A stretch of DNA of 63,354 nt, the filler included, from Trichosphaerium sp. ATCC 40318 (Eukaryota > Protista > Tubulinea), in the NCBI GenBank assembly GCA_038496445.1. It is 3 parts of 3 records of this genome, joined end to end, with 100 filler letters (N's around TTAATTAATTAA, not from the genome) between each part and the next. Parts side by side here need not be neighbours in the genome. Positions count along the whole stretch, not along the records: positions 1 to 20,377 come from JALMLS010000059.1; 2 more parts are not named here. The stretch is one strand, 5' to 3'. A program made the position numbers and the translations under genes. A model generated the notes under the pieces. It made no database searches. It was not told the DNA's origin and was given only the letters and a program-made list of their open reading frames with translations. Of the stretch, positions 1 to 11,933 are shown piece by piece (positions within the stretch are counted from its first letter, which is position 1; the number at the start of each line of letters is the position of its first letter).

Positions 1-858
1 ACGGAAACAACAGCTTCGCTATTGGAGAACCCAATCACAGGGAAAACTGTTTCCTCTGAGATAGTACCCATAGTACCTAACTCTTTCAATAAAGGTGCGA
101 CCAGTTAACCGAAAACTAACCCGCCACAACACCATTCAAAACAGCACAATTTGGCCTGAAGTAGTATCCATAGCAATACCAACGTGTACATGGTAGTGGA
201 ACGGTTTGGTGAAGGGTACATACAATTGCCGAAATCTACATTGAAGATAAATTAAATCATATCGTGCTGTTAACAAAGAAAAAATGCCGAAAACTCCTTA
301 CAAGTTTCCATCGTCACTGTGAATAGCTACAGAACCAGGTTTCCATCCTGGATGTTGACCATTTTTAGGGAATGACTCTCCAGCAAGGCCAACAGAAATG
401 GCACCGTTCAGACCGGACAGAGTGAGTTTGAAGGTGACCTCAAAATACTCAATCTCTTTGAGACCTCCAACACTCTATTATTTCATAAATAAGGTTGTAA
501 TAGGAACCGGCAATGCAGGAACTCAAGGACCCAACGTAAAACACGTTCTATGGTCGTGTGATGGTAACGTACCAAGGTCTTCTACCGAATACAACGGTTG
601 GCACCTATGGTATTCGATCAACGCTTATTAGTAAATTTTGCTTTATTTTTTTTTATTAAACGTACTCTAGAAGGGCTGTGATAATGTACGGTATCCCCAC
701 GTACTGTTTTAATACATGTTAACTAATTGTTGGTTAAATAATAACGTACTTATCACAGAAGTGTTGAATTGTTAAATGATCGCTTAGTCGCCCATTCTGC
801 TATTTTGAGCAGCATTGATAGCCTCCATGGCAGCGAAAAGACGCACGAAGTCTTCCAT
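1..858 (-). CDS. SPRY/B30.2-domain protein (RanBPM-like SPRY), multi-exon, runs off window start
   Basis: Minus-strand exon ~305-475 reads KEIEYFEVTFKLTLSGLNGAISVGLAGESFPKNGQHPGWKPGSVAIHSDDGNL (YFEV..GL..PGW..S..HxDDG SPRY signature); later exon TVFPVIGFS. 5' exon structure and the ATG at 858 are uncertain. Confidence 0.7.
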
Positions 859-1948
859 GTTGAGAACAATGAAAATAAGAAAGTTAAGTGACATGCACGT
901 GCGAGAGTGGAACTGGGTTATTGGATTCATAGCGCCACCCCAAGTAACAATTCTCACCCATTGAAGCAATATGCACAAAATGACAATAGTTAGGAGCGCA
1001 CAATGCTCTAATTTTACTGGTTAGACTATGCAAATCTCAAATTTTCTGATTTAAAACATTGGCAGTACTTTACGTGTTGAAGAAAAATAATTACCATTCT
1101 GTTAACAGTAATTTAAACGCTAAACAGCCGTATATCCTAATCAGTGGCTTTTTGCCTTATTACTATAATGTCCAGAGATTAGGCCTTCTAGTAAGCCAGT
1201 CCATCAGAAATTTCGATAAAATTTACAACCAAAAAAAAATTTGTGTAATTCTCTCTAGCTGCCAGCTGAGTCTACCAAAAACAATTTTGAAAGTGAAAAC
1301 ATTGAAATGTAAAATAGTCTGCCCTTTTACGTGGTGTAGACTTTGTATAATTGCAAAACAAAGTGGTTTAATGTAAAAGCCGATTTCTCAGAATGTCCCT
1401 GTTTCTCCAACTTTTCACTACTAACGACGCATTTACATCATATAGCGGTCATGTGACGAAAGTATGGGCACTGTAGGATGCAGTAGAATAAATTCCACAC
1501 TTTTCAAGTTTACAAAGCAGATTTGACCTAACACCCAGCCACACACGCAAACCAAGAAGCGCAATGCGTATGCTTCAAAAATATAAGACAAATTATTCTG
1601 GCCAGTGAGGCGTAAACGATCAAATTTTTGCTTTTTTTGCTCAGAGTGCGCCCTTAAAAACACAATTGGTTGGTTGAGCGATAGAAGTGACCCACAAAGC
1701 CAAAACTATTATTGTTTCGCAAATCATCGTACAACGCATGTAATATAAGCTGCAAAAGTACGTGTAGTACCGAAAAGCGCACTCAACTTTTCATTTGGCT
1801 TTCAAGTAATGTACTGGGTATTCTTCCTCACTGTCTAAGACATACAACGTTCACAAGGCTAGCATACGCATTCTGAGCTCTCCCCGCTTAAATACTGTTA
1901 AGATTTGTTTCAATTGTTTCGATTTGCCGCTACGAATAGACACTCACC

Positions 1949-2418
1949 ATGTCAGGATACAGGCGCCCTAAAGTGAAGAAGATTATGACTCAGCCGATCG
2001 TACGTGAAAAATTATCTAAAGCAATTTTCTTTTACATAAACGCTCTTAGCAAATTCCTACGTTGTTAATACACGCTAATACTAACTTTCGCTTAGAATCT
2101 GATCTTTCGCTTTTTGCAGAGCGTACGCCCATAGTATATAACCCCCGAACGCGTTTAATTGTGTTTTAGAAAGCCACAGTTCAGATTTGGATGTACGAGC
2201 AAACAGACCTAAGGATCGAGGGCATTATCATCGTGAGTACTCCCAAATATTATATTTTAGCGCCTCATAGCGTGTAGGGCTTCGACGAGTACATGAACCT
2301 CGTTTTAGACGATGCTGTTGAAATCTCTTTGAAAAAGAAAACAAGGAAGACTTTAGGCAGAACACTACTCAAAGGAGACAACATTACATTAATGATGAGC
2401 ACTGGAGGAAAAAATTAG
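1949..2418 (+). CDS. SNRPE: Small nuclear ribonucleoprotein Sm E (4 exons)
   Basis: Spliced: [93 protein letters not shown]; three GT-AG introns. Confidence 0.97.
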
Positions 2419-3198
2419 ACAAAACCAGCTTTTTTTTTGTTTTGACAGATGCTCGCCCAATGAACTTATTGCGTATAATATACGCGGTTTTTAAAGCAAA
2501 CTCGTACGTTTTATTGCAATGTGTCACATTATCAAAATCTACTCAGAAGCACCTGTGGCATTGTTCACATGTAAATAAAAACGAGGCTATTGCAAAAAGC
2601 TTAAAAAAGGCTACGTGATTTATAATAATGGCGTACGGCACGCAGGAAAAAACAAATCTAATTTTTTTTTTTCACTTTTGGTATTCCAACTACGCGTTTT
2701 CTTTCACGCTTTGAATAGCGACAGTTTGCTATCACAAATTTTATATGAATTAATAGTGCAATAAGCATATTGCTATTCTACGCGCTTGCGACACTAAACG
2801 AGTGTGGAAAGTTTTCTTTCCAGTCAAGTTAGCAGTGCCTCTTTCGACATCGAACTCAGTCACTCCCTTATCATTCCTATTGCTTTGGAACTATTGGTTA
2901 GAATTAGAAGGATCTTTCAACGTGTCTAGATTTAGCTTCAGAGATTACGTGGTCACGTGCCAAGATATGGAAAGTCTTCAACAACAATTCCACAAAATTT
3001 GTTCACTAGCACCATTAGAAGTGTTGTTGAGTTACATTTAATGCGTATCAAATAGTTTATTACCATTCCGAGAATACACGTGATAAAGAACAGTCAACAC
3101 GTGAGTGCAGACACCGTAACGTATTTGAGTAGATTCACCTAAAATTGCTAAATGTGTAAGTTATTTGAAGGCTTTTTTGTTATGTACAACAAGCCATA

Positions 3199-5657
3199 AT
3201 GTTGTGGTTTGTATTGTCGTTTTTATTACTAAGCATCATTGCTTTTTACGGCTACAAAACAAGCCGTAGCTTTAATCTCCCTGGACCTATTGGATTGCCT
3301 TTCATAGGCGTATTACTAGACTTTGTAATTGATTTGAACAACATTGCGAATAAATTTGTACAGGTACGGTGCTTTTGGCCTTTTTATGATAAAAAACCCA
3401 TTTAATTGTTACGTTTGCTTCTATATTTGTGACAGTTCTCTACAAATTGGTTCATTTAGCTTATAAATGTAGTATCAACAAGAGTATGGCGATTGTTTCG
3501 CTTATAAAGTGATGGGCGTTGAAATAACTCAGTTCTGTGACCCTGGTATGTCAAATCCTCTCTATTCTCACCTTAGTGTTGCTAATATGACTAGATGACG
3601 CACGTGTTATCTTAAATGCGCGTCCTGCATCATTTGGAAGACCTTCTAGACAAAGAAACCCACTACTTGATTCTGTACGTTTTACTTCTTTCAATTTAGG
3701 CTGACTAACTCTACAGGGATTCGTTGGTGTTCATGGTGTGTTTTGGGCTAACGGGGAGTCTTGGAAGGTTCAACGAAGGCTGATGGCGCCCGGTTTTAGT
3801 AACAACTACCTTTTGAAACAATTTCACTTGATTAAGGAAATCATGCAAAACTTTTTGACTAGGTACCTCATAATATTGTTCCTATCTTATGTGTCTATAG
3901 GTTTGATGAAATTGCTGAGAAAAAGAAGGAGTTTGCACCGAGGACGGAAACAAATAAGATTACTTTTGATATCATCAGTTTGCTTAGTTTTGGAATGCGT
4001 ACAAATGTTTTAGGTGGTGATCCAGATGGGAATAAATTCTGTAGTATTCTAGATACAGGTTTTAAGGTATGTAAAATGGTTGTACCTCCACGTGATAAAA
4101 TGCAATCAACTTTTCCTTTTTTTTTTTTTTTGTTGGCTTTACTCCACCAGTTTGTTTGCTATTACATCTCATGTGATCACCTTCCCTTTTCTGTAGTATG
4201 TGAACAAATACTTTGATAATTAATGAAGCTATTACTGAGTATAATTAATTTACCGCCTGGTGTTCAAGAAACCTTTCTTTCTTTTTCCAAACTACTTTTC
4301 AAATCTCATCAACTTTTTTGTTTTCATAGGTTGTTGCAAAACGTATTGTTTTTCGATTTCCATACTATAAATTCTGGGCTCCTGATTTTGAAAAACAATA
4401 CTTTAAGGATGTTAAGAATTTTGTGCTACCTAGAATAAAAAAGAGTACAATGCTTTATTACAAAAAAACACTTTAACTTTGACATAGCGATTAACGATAT
4501 TAAGACATCAAGCAACAAAGATCCTACCCTTGTCCAGGTACCATCATCAAATCACAATCAATCAAAACCACTAAAATGGCCACCTACTAGTCTATGATCC
4601 AAGCTGCAGATGGCGAATCAAAACTAACAGATAAACAGTTATTGGTAACAACAGCTTTTTGTAAAATCCAACAAGATCTAAAATTAAATTTCTAGGGAGG
4701 AATTTTTACACTTTACGCAGCAGGAACTGATACTTCGTCTATAACAAAGGCATGGTGTTTGTATTATCTTGCAAAGCATCCAGAACATCAAGAGTCCATA
4801 AGAAAAGAAGCTGTTGAGTCCTTTGGTGGCGATATAGATGGACTTGAATTTAAGAAAGCAATAGCTCTTCCTTTTACTTCAAAATTTGCCAAAGAGGTTG
4901 ACGTCAATTGTGTCCAACGTCATGTCCGAGGCTAATATTTTCATGTGTTTAGACATTGAGGATTGCAGCTCCAGCATCTGTTGTCGTTTTAGAAGCGTTT
5001 AAAGACTTTTCTTTTGAAACTAAGAACCATGGAAGTGCGTCTTGTTTTCTTCCTTAAGGTGTTTTTTGTTGTAATACTACTTAGAGATACACATAAAAAA
5101 GAAGTCTATTGTTCATGTGGGCATAGAATCAATGCATATGTCATCGAAGTACTATGATGAGCCACATGTTTTTGATCCATATAGATGGGATAGACCAAGT
5201 ACTTAATTTTCTTTTTTTTTTCTTTAAATGTGACTTGAACTCATCGCTGTACTGACAACGTTTGTGTTGTTTAACTGTTGCTTTTTTATGTTGGTATTGC
5301 TTCTAAGTGTTCTATCAAGGCAAAGCAAATGGAAGAGAAGCGTGGATACCTTTTGGTGGAGGACCACGTGTTTGTCCTGGAAGAGCTTTGGCTTCTTTGG
5401 AAATAAATGTCTTTTTGGCTTTATTTTGCTCTCGCTATACGGTCCGTTATAAAAACACTTCATAGTACCTATTGACATAATATTTAGGTGTCATTTGGAC
5501 CATCTCACATTGATAAGAAAGTGTGTAAGGTACCAGCAAACTCAACATAAACCAAACCTGACTAAAACATGGTTTTTTATTTAAGGTTTTCCAGTTTGTA
5601 ACAATGCCATCAAATATCTTTCTTACCATACATAAGAGAGAACCTAACAAAAAATAA
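3199..5657 (+). CDS. Cytochrome P450 (multi-exon)
   Basis: N-terminal anchor plus PGPIGLPFIG, I-helix AAGTDTS, KE|TLR (ExxR), FDPYRW and heme motif WIPFGGGPRVCPG at ~5343-5381. Confidence 0.95.
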
Positions 5658-5849
5658 TGTAAAAATATCTTACAAGAAATAAAAATACTTTTTTATTGAT
5701 AATCTTTCATCAACACAACGTTGATGTGTTCGGTATAAACAAGGATACAAGTTTTTATTTAGAAACAGAAAATATTTCTACATGCTTCCTTTTCCGTGTT
5801 TGTTAAAGTATGTGATCAAATAGCCTTCCATCAGTGATCAGTGTCTTCG

Positions 5850-6746
5850 CTAATATGTGGCCGATGCACCAACAAGATTCATCGTATGCAACACCTCACC
5901 ATTAAGTGATTTGATGCCTTCATCTGTAATGTATATACAATTATAAAGATCTATCCTATAAGCATCAGAGAGCGATTGTATGCCTTCATCTGTTACTGAA
6001 GTATTTGCAAGTATGGCAGTATGAACACCTGAAAGTGCATTGACGTTTGTTATTTGTTTACAAAAACGAAGGTTGATTGTATGCACTCCTGAAAGGTTCT
6101 TAATACCTTCATCTGTAACTCTAGTATTGTTTAGAAAAATGGTATGAACTCCAACAAGCGATTTTACACCTTCGTCTGTAATGTAGTGACAGTTGCCTAA
6201 ATCTATGGTATGAACACCATACCAGCAAGAGCTTTTATCCCTTCATCTGTAATAGACTTGCAGCAACCACCTGCTAGCAAGGCAGAAAGTGTGAGATCCC
6301 CATCATTACAGTTTTTATTGCTCAGATTAATGGTATGGACACCAGCAAGTGATTTGATACATTCATCTGTTATACCTTCAGAAACTCCAATACTAATGCT
6401 ACGAACACCAGCAAACTCTTTTATAATACTACATGGAATGTTACCAATCATTTTGATTTTAGTGTATGCAAGAGTGCTGGTGTGTTTTAGAAGCGCTTTG
6501 GCTTGGTCCACAGTACTTATTGTAACGCTGTCGTATCCTATAATGTCGTGTATGATAGAAGCAATCCTATGACAGGTTTGACAAGCTGTAAATCGCGCTT
6601 TTGTCAGTTGCCTTAGTATATGAGCTAAAATCTCTATAGGGAAGTCCAAGATGCTTATTTGCGTGCTGTAGAGATATTTTAAGCGAAAAATAGAGCAATG
6701 AAGCATAAGTTTACCTTTGAGCGGTGTATTTACTAGTTTGTAGCAT
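5850..6746 (-). pseudogene. F-box + leucine-rich repeat protein, frameshifted
   Basis: F-box ILDFPIEILAHILRQL then repeats GVHTI(N/D)L...ITDEG(I/V)KSL; frame breaks at ~6210-6225 (gctggtatggtgttcat) and repeats degenerate near 5850. Confidence 0.75.
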
Positions 6747-7095
6747 TATTACGTAATAAATTAAACCAAAGGTATCGTGCGCTGTAGTTTGTTGGCTTTG
6801 ACCCGAAAAGCGCTATTTAAGTGTGACGTTAAGACAACCTTTTTAACCCGCCACTCCGTAGTGTTAACACTTGTTCAGCTGGGCATGCGTGGAATGTTGT
6901 TTATCGTGCTGCATGATCCTACAACACTCTACTCTAAGACCTCTGAAACAATATATCTTTTGTTTGTTTTGTAATTCCATAACTATTTTGTAAATCTGTT
7001 GTTCTGTTATTTGTAGTGAAAATTTTGTTTTTCACGTGATTTGTGTGTGGTTCACATTATTTGTGGCAAGTCTACTTCAAATACGCCTAAGAACA

Positions 7096-7543
7096 ATGAA
7101 AGCATCTCTTCTGTATTCTTTAATATTTTTATCGTGTATAAGCGTCGTAGTAAGCGAATTAGTATCTTCTTGCGTTTGGAACAACACAGTTTATCATCTC
7201 CATAAATCAATGGGCGGAATAGACACGTGCGAAGGAGGTACACCTTCAACGCCCTTTTTTAATCACGTCCTTACTGTAATATTAACTCTCGTGCTTTATT
7301 ATAGACTCTATTCCGCTAGTGTTAACTAGCGTAGTCGAGGGAGCTGCGATGTCCACTTTCGCTGTAAGTCCAGAACCTCAACTTTTAATTTTCGCTTAAT
7401 TGATGAACATAGGATTTACGTATAATGATAGAAAGTAATGGTACTCATGACTTGTGGCTCGATGGTACTCTAGTAAATGAGTTTTATACTACCGCTACTA
7501 CAATCAGAACCAAAGGAGTCGACAGATGCATGTCACTTTCGGA
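7096..7543 (+). pseudogene. 5' part of a secreted/membrane C-type lectin domain gene, interrupted by a retrotransposon
   Basis: Signal peptide MKASLLYSLIFLSCISVVVS; exon 3 ...KGVDRCMSLS is cut at the first TSD and resumes after 11956 (SDTVHKQDVV). Confidence 0.75.
7521..7543 (+). repeat. Left target-site duplication (23 bp)
   Basis: gacagatgcatgtcactttcgga, identical to 11934-11956. Confidence 0.95.
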
Positions 7544-7637
7544 GCCCGCCTTAACTGCGCGGGGAGTGCATCACCTCTTCACTATTTTACGTTCTAACTA
7601 TTATGTTACGCTAGTTAGAATAACGGTAGTGCTGGTT

Positions 7638-8243
7638 ATGCCTACTTTAAATTTTACAAGCTACACATTAATTTATAGTCAACACATCCTAGAACGCCGT
7701 AAACACATCATAATACATCATAGATATAATACAAAGAACAATACAATACCAGACGACGTTGGATATTCAAATTTATTTTACCCTCAAACTGGGGTAGTAT
7801 ACATGTACGAGTGCTACTACAGAATAAATATCATGTCTGCAACTTTGATAGGGACAGTGGTTAATTTTTTCACGCAACCAGCTTCTGACTCTATAAACAA
7901 TACCTATATACTTTTCAAACCAAAAAAGAACTTACAAAAAACATATTTGAATTCGTGTTTTATTATCATAACGCATTTCGCATCCAGGGAAATCTCCAAA
8001 ATTTTAGAATTTTCCACAGCTTGTAATTACACGTGTACATTTTACATGAATGTTTCTATATCCTATTGCCGGTTCATACCACAATTTTTCTCTTTGTCTA
8101 ATGTCATTTTCTGCGTGTTAAACAGGTTTATAGTTTACGTGATTGCTTGTGTTAAGATTTTTTCCAATTGGCGTTCCTCATGGATTGTCTCTTCTTTAGC
8201 AGGTACGGTGTTGTCGTTTTCGTGTTGGCTGGGATATGTGTAA
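7638..8243 (+). CDS. Putative ORF1 of the retrotransposon, hydrophobic, no recognised domain
   Basis: Frame is stop-free from the element's first base (7544) to TAA 8241-8243, then 3 nt and the ORF2 ATG in the same frame; first internal ATG at 7638. Confidence 0.55.
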   Translation: MPTLNFTSYTLIYSQHILERRKHIIIHHRYNTKNNTIPDDVGYSNLFYPQTGVVYMYECYYRINIMSATLIGTVVNFFTQPASDSINNTYILFKPKKNLQKTYLNSCFIIITHFASREISKILEFSTACNYTCTFYMNVSISYCRFIPQFFSLSNVIFCVLNRFIVYVIACVKIFSNWRSSWIVSSLAGTVLSFSCWLGYV

Positions 8244-8246
8244 ATT

Positions 8247-9053
8247 ATGAGTAAAAATAAGTGTATCAAACTCGCTACAGCTAATATAAGGGGATTCAGT
8301 AATTTTGACAAGGTACGAGAACTGGCATACAATCTCAAGTGCAATATTCTTTGTGCTACAGAAACAAATGTCTTTCAAGATCATAGGCGTAAAACGGTAC
8401 ATACAGATGAAGGGAGAGGCACTGGAGTAGCATTGACTGCAGTTAGAGGAAAACAACCGATATTACTTAATTCTGTAGATGGTCGAATTCTGGTAGCAGA
8501 GATAGAATGCAATGGAGTTAAATTAAAAATAGCAACCATATATGCTAAATCTAACAGCTCAAATGATTTTTGGCTTAAAGTCTTTCAAGCGGTGGCTGAT
8601 TGCGATATTATCACAGGTGATTTTAATCTACGCCTAGAGAATAAAAAGGCACTTAAAACATACGCATTATTACTACAATTAGGATTTATTGATGCAGCGG
8701 TAAAGTTCCACAAAGTACTGCCTACACATGAAAAAGGAGGTAGATTAGATCTATTATTAATTTCTAAAACGTTATCTCCTAATCTAAAATCATTCAAAGT
8801 TTTTGACATGCCAATTTTTGAACTTGATCACTCGATTTTACTTGCTTCTCTTGAATTCGGTCCTCGACTCCCTCGTCCTTTTCGCATTAATCCAGTTCTT
8901 TTCAAGGAAGTACACAAAGCCACTAAAACGTGTGATTTAACATTTGGTCCTTCTCCAAGCGATTATGTACGTGATAAGAATGAACTAATAACTAGATTTG
9001 TAAAAATCAACGCAATCTATTATTCAAAAAGAACGCACGAATCAATGTGCTAG
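8247..9053 (+). CDS. APE-type endonuclease part of ORF2
   Basis: ANIRG, ATET, GRIL, TIYA, GDFN, RLD, LDH motifs of LINE AP-endonucleases. Confidence 0.92.
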   Translation: MSKNKCIKLATANIRGFSNFDKVRELAYNLKCNILCATETNVFQDHRRKTVHTDEGRGTGVALTAVRGKQPILLNSVDGRILVAEIECNGVKLKIATIYAKSNSSNDFWLKVFQAVADCDIITGDFNLRLENKKALKTYALLLQLGFIDAAVKFHKVLPTHEKGGRLDLLLISKTLSPNLKSFKVFDMPIFELDHSILLASLEFGPRLPRPFRINPVLFKEVHKATKTCDLTFGPSPSDYVRDKNELITRFVKINAIYYSKRTHESMC

Positions 9054-11587
9054 CAGCGACTCTATCAAATAAACACACAGCTACTATGAAAGACCTATTA
9101 GAATACAATAAACTCACCAAAGAAAAGAAAGAATTTACCTGTGTGGCGGCATCTATCGATAAAGACAAACACAATGAAATACCATCTGCTCAGCTAACGA
9201 GGATATTAAAAGGCAGAAATTCCGCTAGAATAGTTGAAGAACTAAAGTGCACATGGAACAACACATCTTCAAAAGATATAAAAGAAATACTTTCAACAAG
9301 TGTAAGATTTTATAAAAATCTATACGACGACTTTAAAATAGATGAAGAAGTCCTTAACCAAGTAAGTAGTTTATGGAAACCTAAGTCCTTTGTAGAATTG
9401 GAAGAACAACTAAATGTTCCTATTGAAGAAGAAGAAATAGAAGAAGTAATAAACAACATGCCTTCTAATAAAGCTCCAGGCCCAGATGGCTTATCAGCGT
9501 GCGTATACAAATCTATGAAGGAAACTTTTGTTCCGTCACTTACAAGTCTATTTAATACATTTATCAAACAAGGTTGTGTAGATCAGTTTCTATGTAAGGG
9601 TACGATTATTCCTATTTTCAAAAAAGGAGATCCCAAATTGATGGCTAACTACCGTCCTATAACTCTTACTAATGTTGATTACAAAATTTTAATGAAGGTT
9701 TTCTACAATCGCTTGACACCTCTCATGTCAAAAATTATCCTCAAAACCCAGAACGGTTTCATACCAGGAAGGGATATTGTTGATAATGTCATAGCTGCTC
9801 TAGAAACCATAGCCTACAACAAGAAGCATTCAAAATGGTTGAGGATGATTGCATATGATTTCAAAAAAGCTTTCGATTCCTGTAGCCATATTGCGCTAAA
9901 ATTATTCCTAACAAAAATAGGATTCTCTGACAAGATTGCTAAAATGTTAGTTCAAGCTCTCAAATTAGATGTTCAAGTAAGAATCAACAATGTCGTTAGC
10001 AAAGAAACCTTTTGTACAAAGAGAGGTACAGGTCAAGGAAATCCTATAAGCCCTTATTTCTTCGCACTAATGGTGGAACCGCTCAACTGGATCATAAATC
10101 ATGAAGCTTATATCAAGGGTGCCGAGATGAGTCTACAGAATTGGCTTAAAAACCTGTTCTTTGCTGATGATCTGTTATTATTAGCTAGCTCCATAGATGA
10201 TATTGATGAAATGAATTATTGGTTAACAAGATATGGAAAAGCAACTGGTCTTCAGATTAACGAAAAGAAATGCTTTCAAGCAAACATCTCAGGCTTGGAT
10301 AATGATAAAAGTAAAGTGTTTGATACAGGTACTAGTATCAGATATCTCGGCTTTACTTTGAGTGATGACGGCTTGAATTTTGATTGGAACAAAGCAATAG
10401 ACAAAATAACAGTACAACTAGTAAAGTGGAAGCCGCTGTGTAAAACAATTCGACAAAAAATCAATGTTTTTAAATCGTATGCTCAATCTCAACTAATCTA
10501 CTTCACCAGGCCTCTTTCAATCCCTCCTAGTGCAACTGCCAAAATTATCAATGTGTGCAACTGGTTTCTTTGGGATGTATCACATGTCTTTGACAAGAAG
10601 AAGGTCTATTGTTGTGTATCTTGGACGCAACTGTCACTTCCATTCCCCTTGGGAGGTTTTTCTCTCAGTTCGATTGCGCAAATAAGCAATGCATTTAAAG
10701 CATCGTTGTGGGAACGGCACTTGGCGATTGATACAATATATTCACAGGCATGGAAAGATGGGTCACAGCTAAGTTCTTTGTGCCGAGTTTCTTTTGAATC
10801 ATTTAACATAAAACCAGAAAACAAATTCAGAAAAGTAAAATTTTTTACAAATATTTTACATAACAAAATCATTCCACGTTTAAAACCTCATTTTAGGAAA
10901 AATTTTATCCTTAACTCAATGATACTCAAGCTACTAAACAAATTTAAAGGTGTAAGTTACATTAGAGATATATTATGGAGATTTATTATGAGATGTCTCC
11001 CTGTTACGCACAAAAAAGATGCATTCCCACCAGAGAAGCACGAAGAAATATTTTTTGACTGGTCGATACCCAGCAAGATAATGGAAGTTGTTTTTGATCT
11101 ATTATCATTTTGTAAACCAGATGTGTCACTAAAAGTATCGCTAGAAAATTGCAAATCAGTACATCACCTTTTGGAAATAGGAATAATTTTGGCGATAACT
11201 TGGATCATTAGAAATGATATTAAACATGGTGTACCTGTAGGTAAATGGTTATCAGGACAACAGATCAGATACAAATATATTAATTGGATGATTATTGCTA
11301 CTTACAATGGAACAATAAAAAAAGTTGATTGGATATACAAGAATGAGACCACAAATAGATGGACAACTGACAGATTCAAATGCCACGTTCAAATGGATTA
11401 TACAAATGTAGTGTCAGAACAGAATAGCTTGCGGAGACTACAAATTAATACACCTGCATTTATTGTTGGAAGCGGAATTGACGATATATTACCAGATGGT
11501 ACAATTATTTTGAGTAAATATTTACAACCTACTAACGCTAGAAGAATCTCCAAACCTGTACTTAGACTAGGTTCAATTTACAACTAG
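9047..11587 (+). CDS. Reverse transcriptase part of ORF2 (-1 frame relative to the endonuclease)
   Basis: KAPGPDG, NYRPITL, DFKKAFD, QGNPISP, FADD, RYLG motifs. Confidence 0.95.
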   Translation: MLAATLSNKHTATMKDLLEYNKLTKEKKEFTCVAASIDKDKHNEIPSAQLTRILKGRNSARIVEELKCTWNNTSSKDIKEILSTSVRFYKNLYDDFKIDEEVLNQVSSLWKPKSFVELEEQLNVPIEEEEIEEVINNMPSNKAPGPDGLSACVYKSMKETFVPSLTSLFNTFIKQGCVDQFLCKGTIIPIFKKGDPKLMANYRPITLTNVDYKILMKVFYNRLTPLMSKIILKTQNGFIPGRDIVDNVIAALETIAYNKKHSKWLRMIAYDFKKAFDSCSHIALKLFLTKIGFSDKIAKMLVQALKLDVQVRINNVVSKETFCTKRGTGQGNPISPYFFALMVEPLNWIINHEAYIKGAEMSLQNWLKNLFFADDLLLLASSIDDIDEMNYWLTRYGKATGLQINEKKCFQANISGLDNDKSKVFDTGTSIRYLGFTLSDDGLNFDWNKAIDKITVQLVKWKPLCKTIRQKINVFKSYAQSQLIYFTRPLSIPPSATAKIINVCNWFLWDVSHVFDKKKVYCCVSWTQLSLPFPLGGFSLSSIAQISNAFKASLWERHLAIDTIYSQAWKDGSQLSSLCRVSFESFNIKPENKFRKVKFFTNILHNKIIPRLKPHFRKNFILNSMILKLLNKFKGVSYIRDILWRFIMRCLPVTHKKDAFPPEKHEEIFFDWSIPSKIMEVVFDLLSFCKPDVSLKVSLENCKSVHHLLEIGIILAITWIIRNDIKHGVPVGKWLSGQQIRYKYINWMIIATYNGTIKKVDWIYKNETTNRWTTDRFKCHVQMDYTNVVSEQNSLRRLQINTPAFIVGSGIDDILPDGTIILSKYLQPTNARRISKPVLRLGSIYN

Positions 11588-11933
11588 ACATCATGGGTCG
11601 CGTTCCCTCCTAATTTGCTTTGCAAATTTGGAGCCGTTGGCGCTCCCTATACCTAGTTACCGCACTTAGTGTGTGGTTTTTATATTAAAGTGATTTTCTT
11701 TTTATTTGGGGGGGAAACTTCCCCCCCAACCCCCCTTCTTCTTCTTTTATTATATCGTATTACTTGCTTCTAATAATTCTATTTATGTCAATACGTCGGT
11801 ATACTGTTGAGAAGGAACTTATTGCACAATAAATTTATTTTATTTTTATACAATGTAAACAAACAAACCTGTAACAAAACCATATGTAATAAAGTAGGCG
11901 CTAGCGCGCTGCCTCTTATTCTAAAAAAAAAAA

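Larger units (their letters stand above)
7544..11933 (+). mobile_element. Non-LTR retrotransposon (APE + RT, L1/Tx1/TRE-like), ~4.4 kb
   Basis: Flanked by 23-bp TSD, ends in A11 tail (11923-11933), encodes intronless APE endonuclease and RT. Confidence 0.95.

Noticed and set aside
750-858. Stop-codon reassignment suggested by in-frame TAA in the first SPRY exon
   Set aside because: SmE and POT1 end in TAG, P450 and S10 in TAA, TAF10 in TGA, and conserved exons have no internal stops; unresolved splicing is more likely.
1059-1663. Short ORFs 1059-1376 and 1433-1663, and most other 60-100 aa track ORFs
   Set aside because: No motifs; intergenic, antisense or intron read-through products.
7544-7600. 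HDV-like ribozyme at the LINE 5' end; hammerhead at the YR element 3' end
   Set aside because: Could not fit the nested pseudoknot or find the CUGANGA/GAAA cores by eye.
9020-9035. Programmed -1 frameshift between EN and RT
   Set aside because: No in-frame X XXY YYZ heptamer; a 1-bp deletion is simpler.
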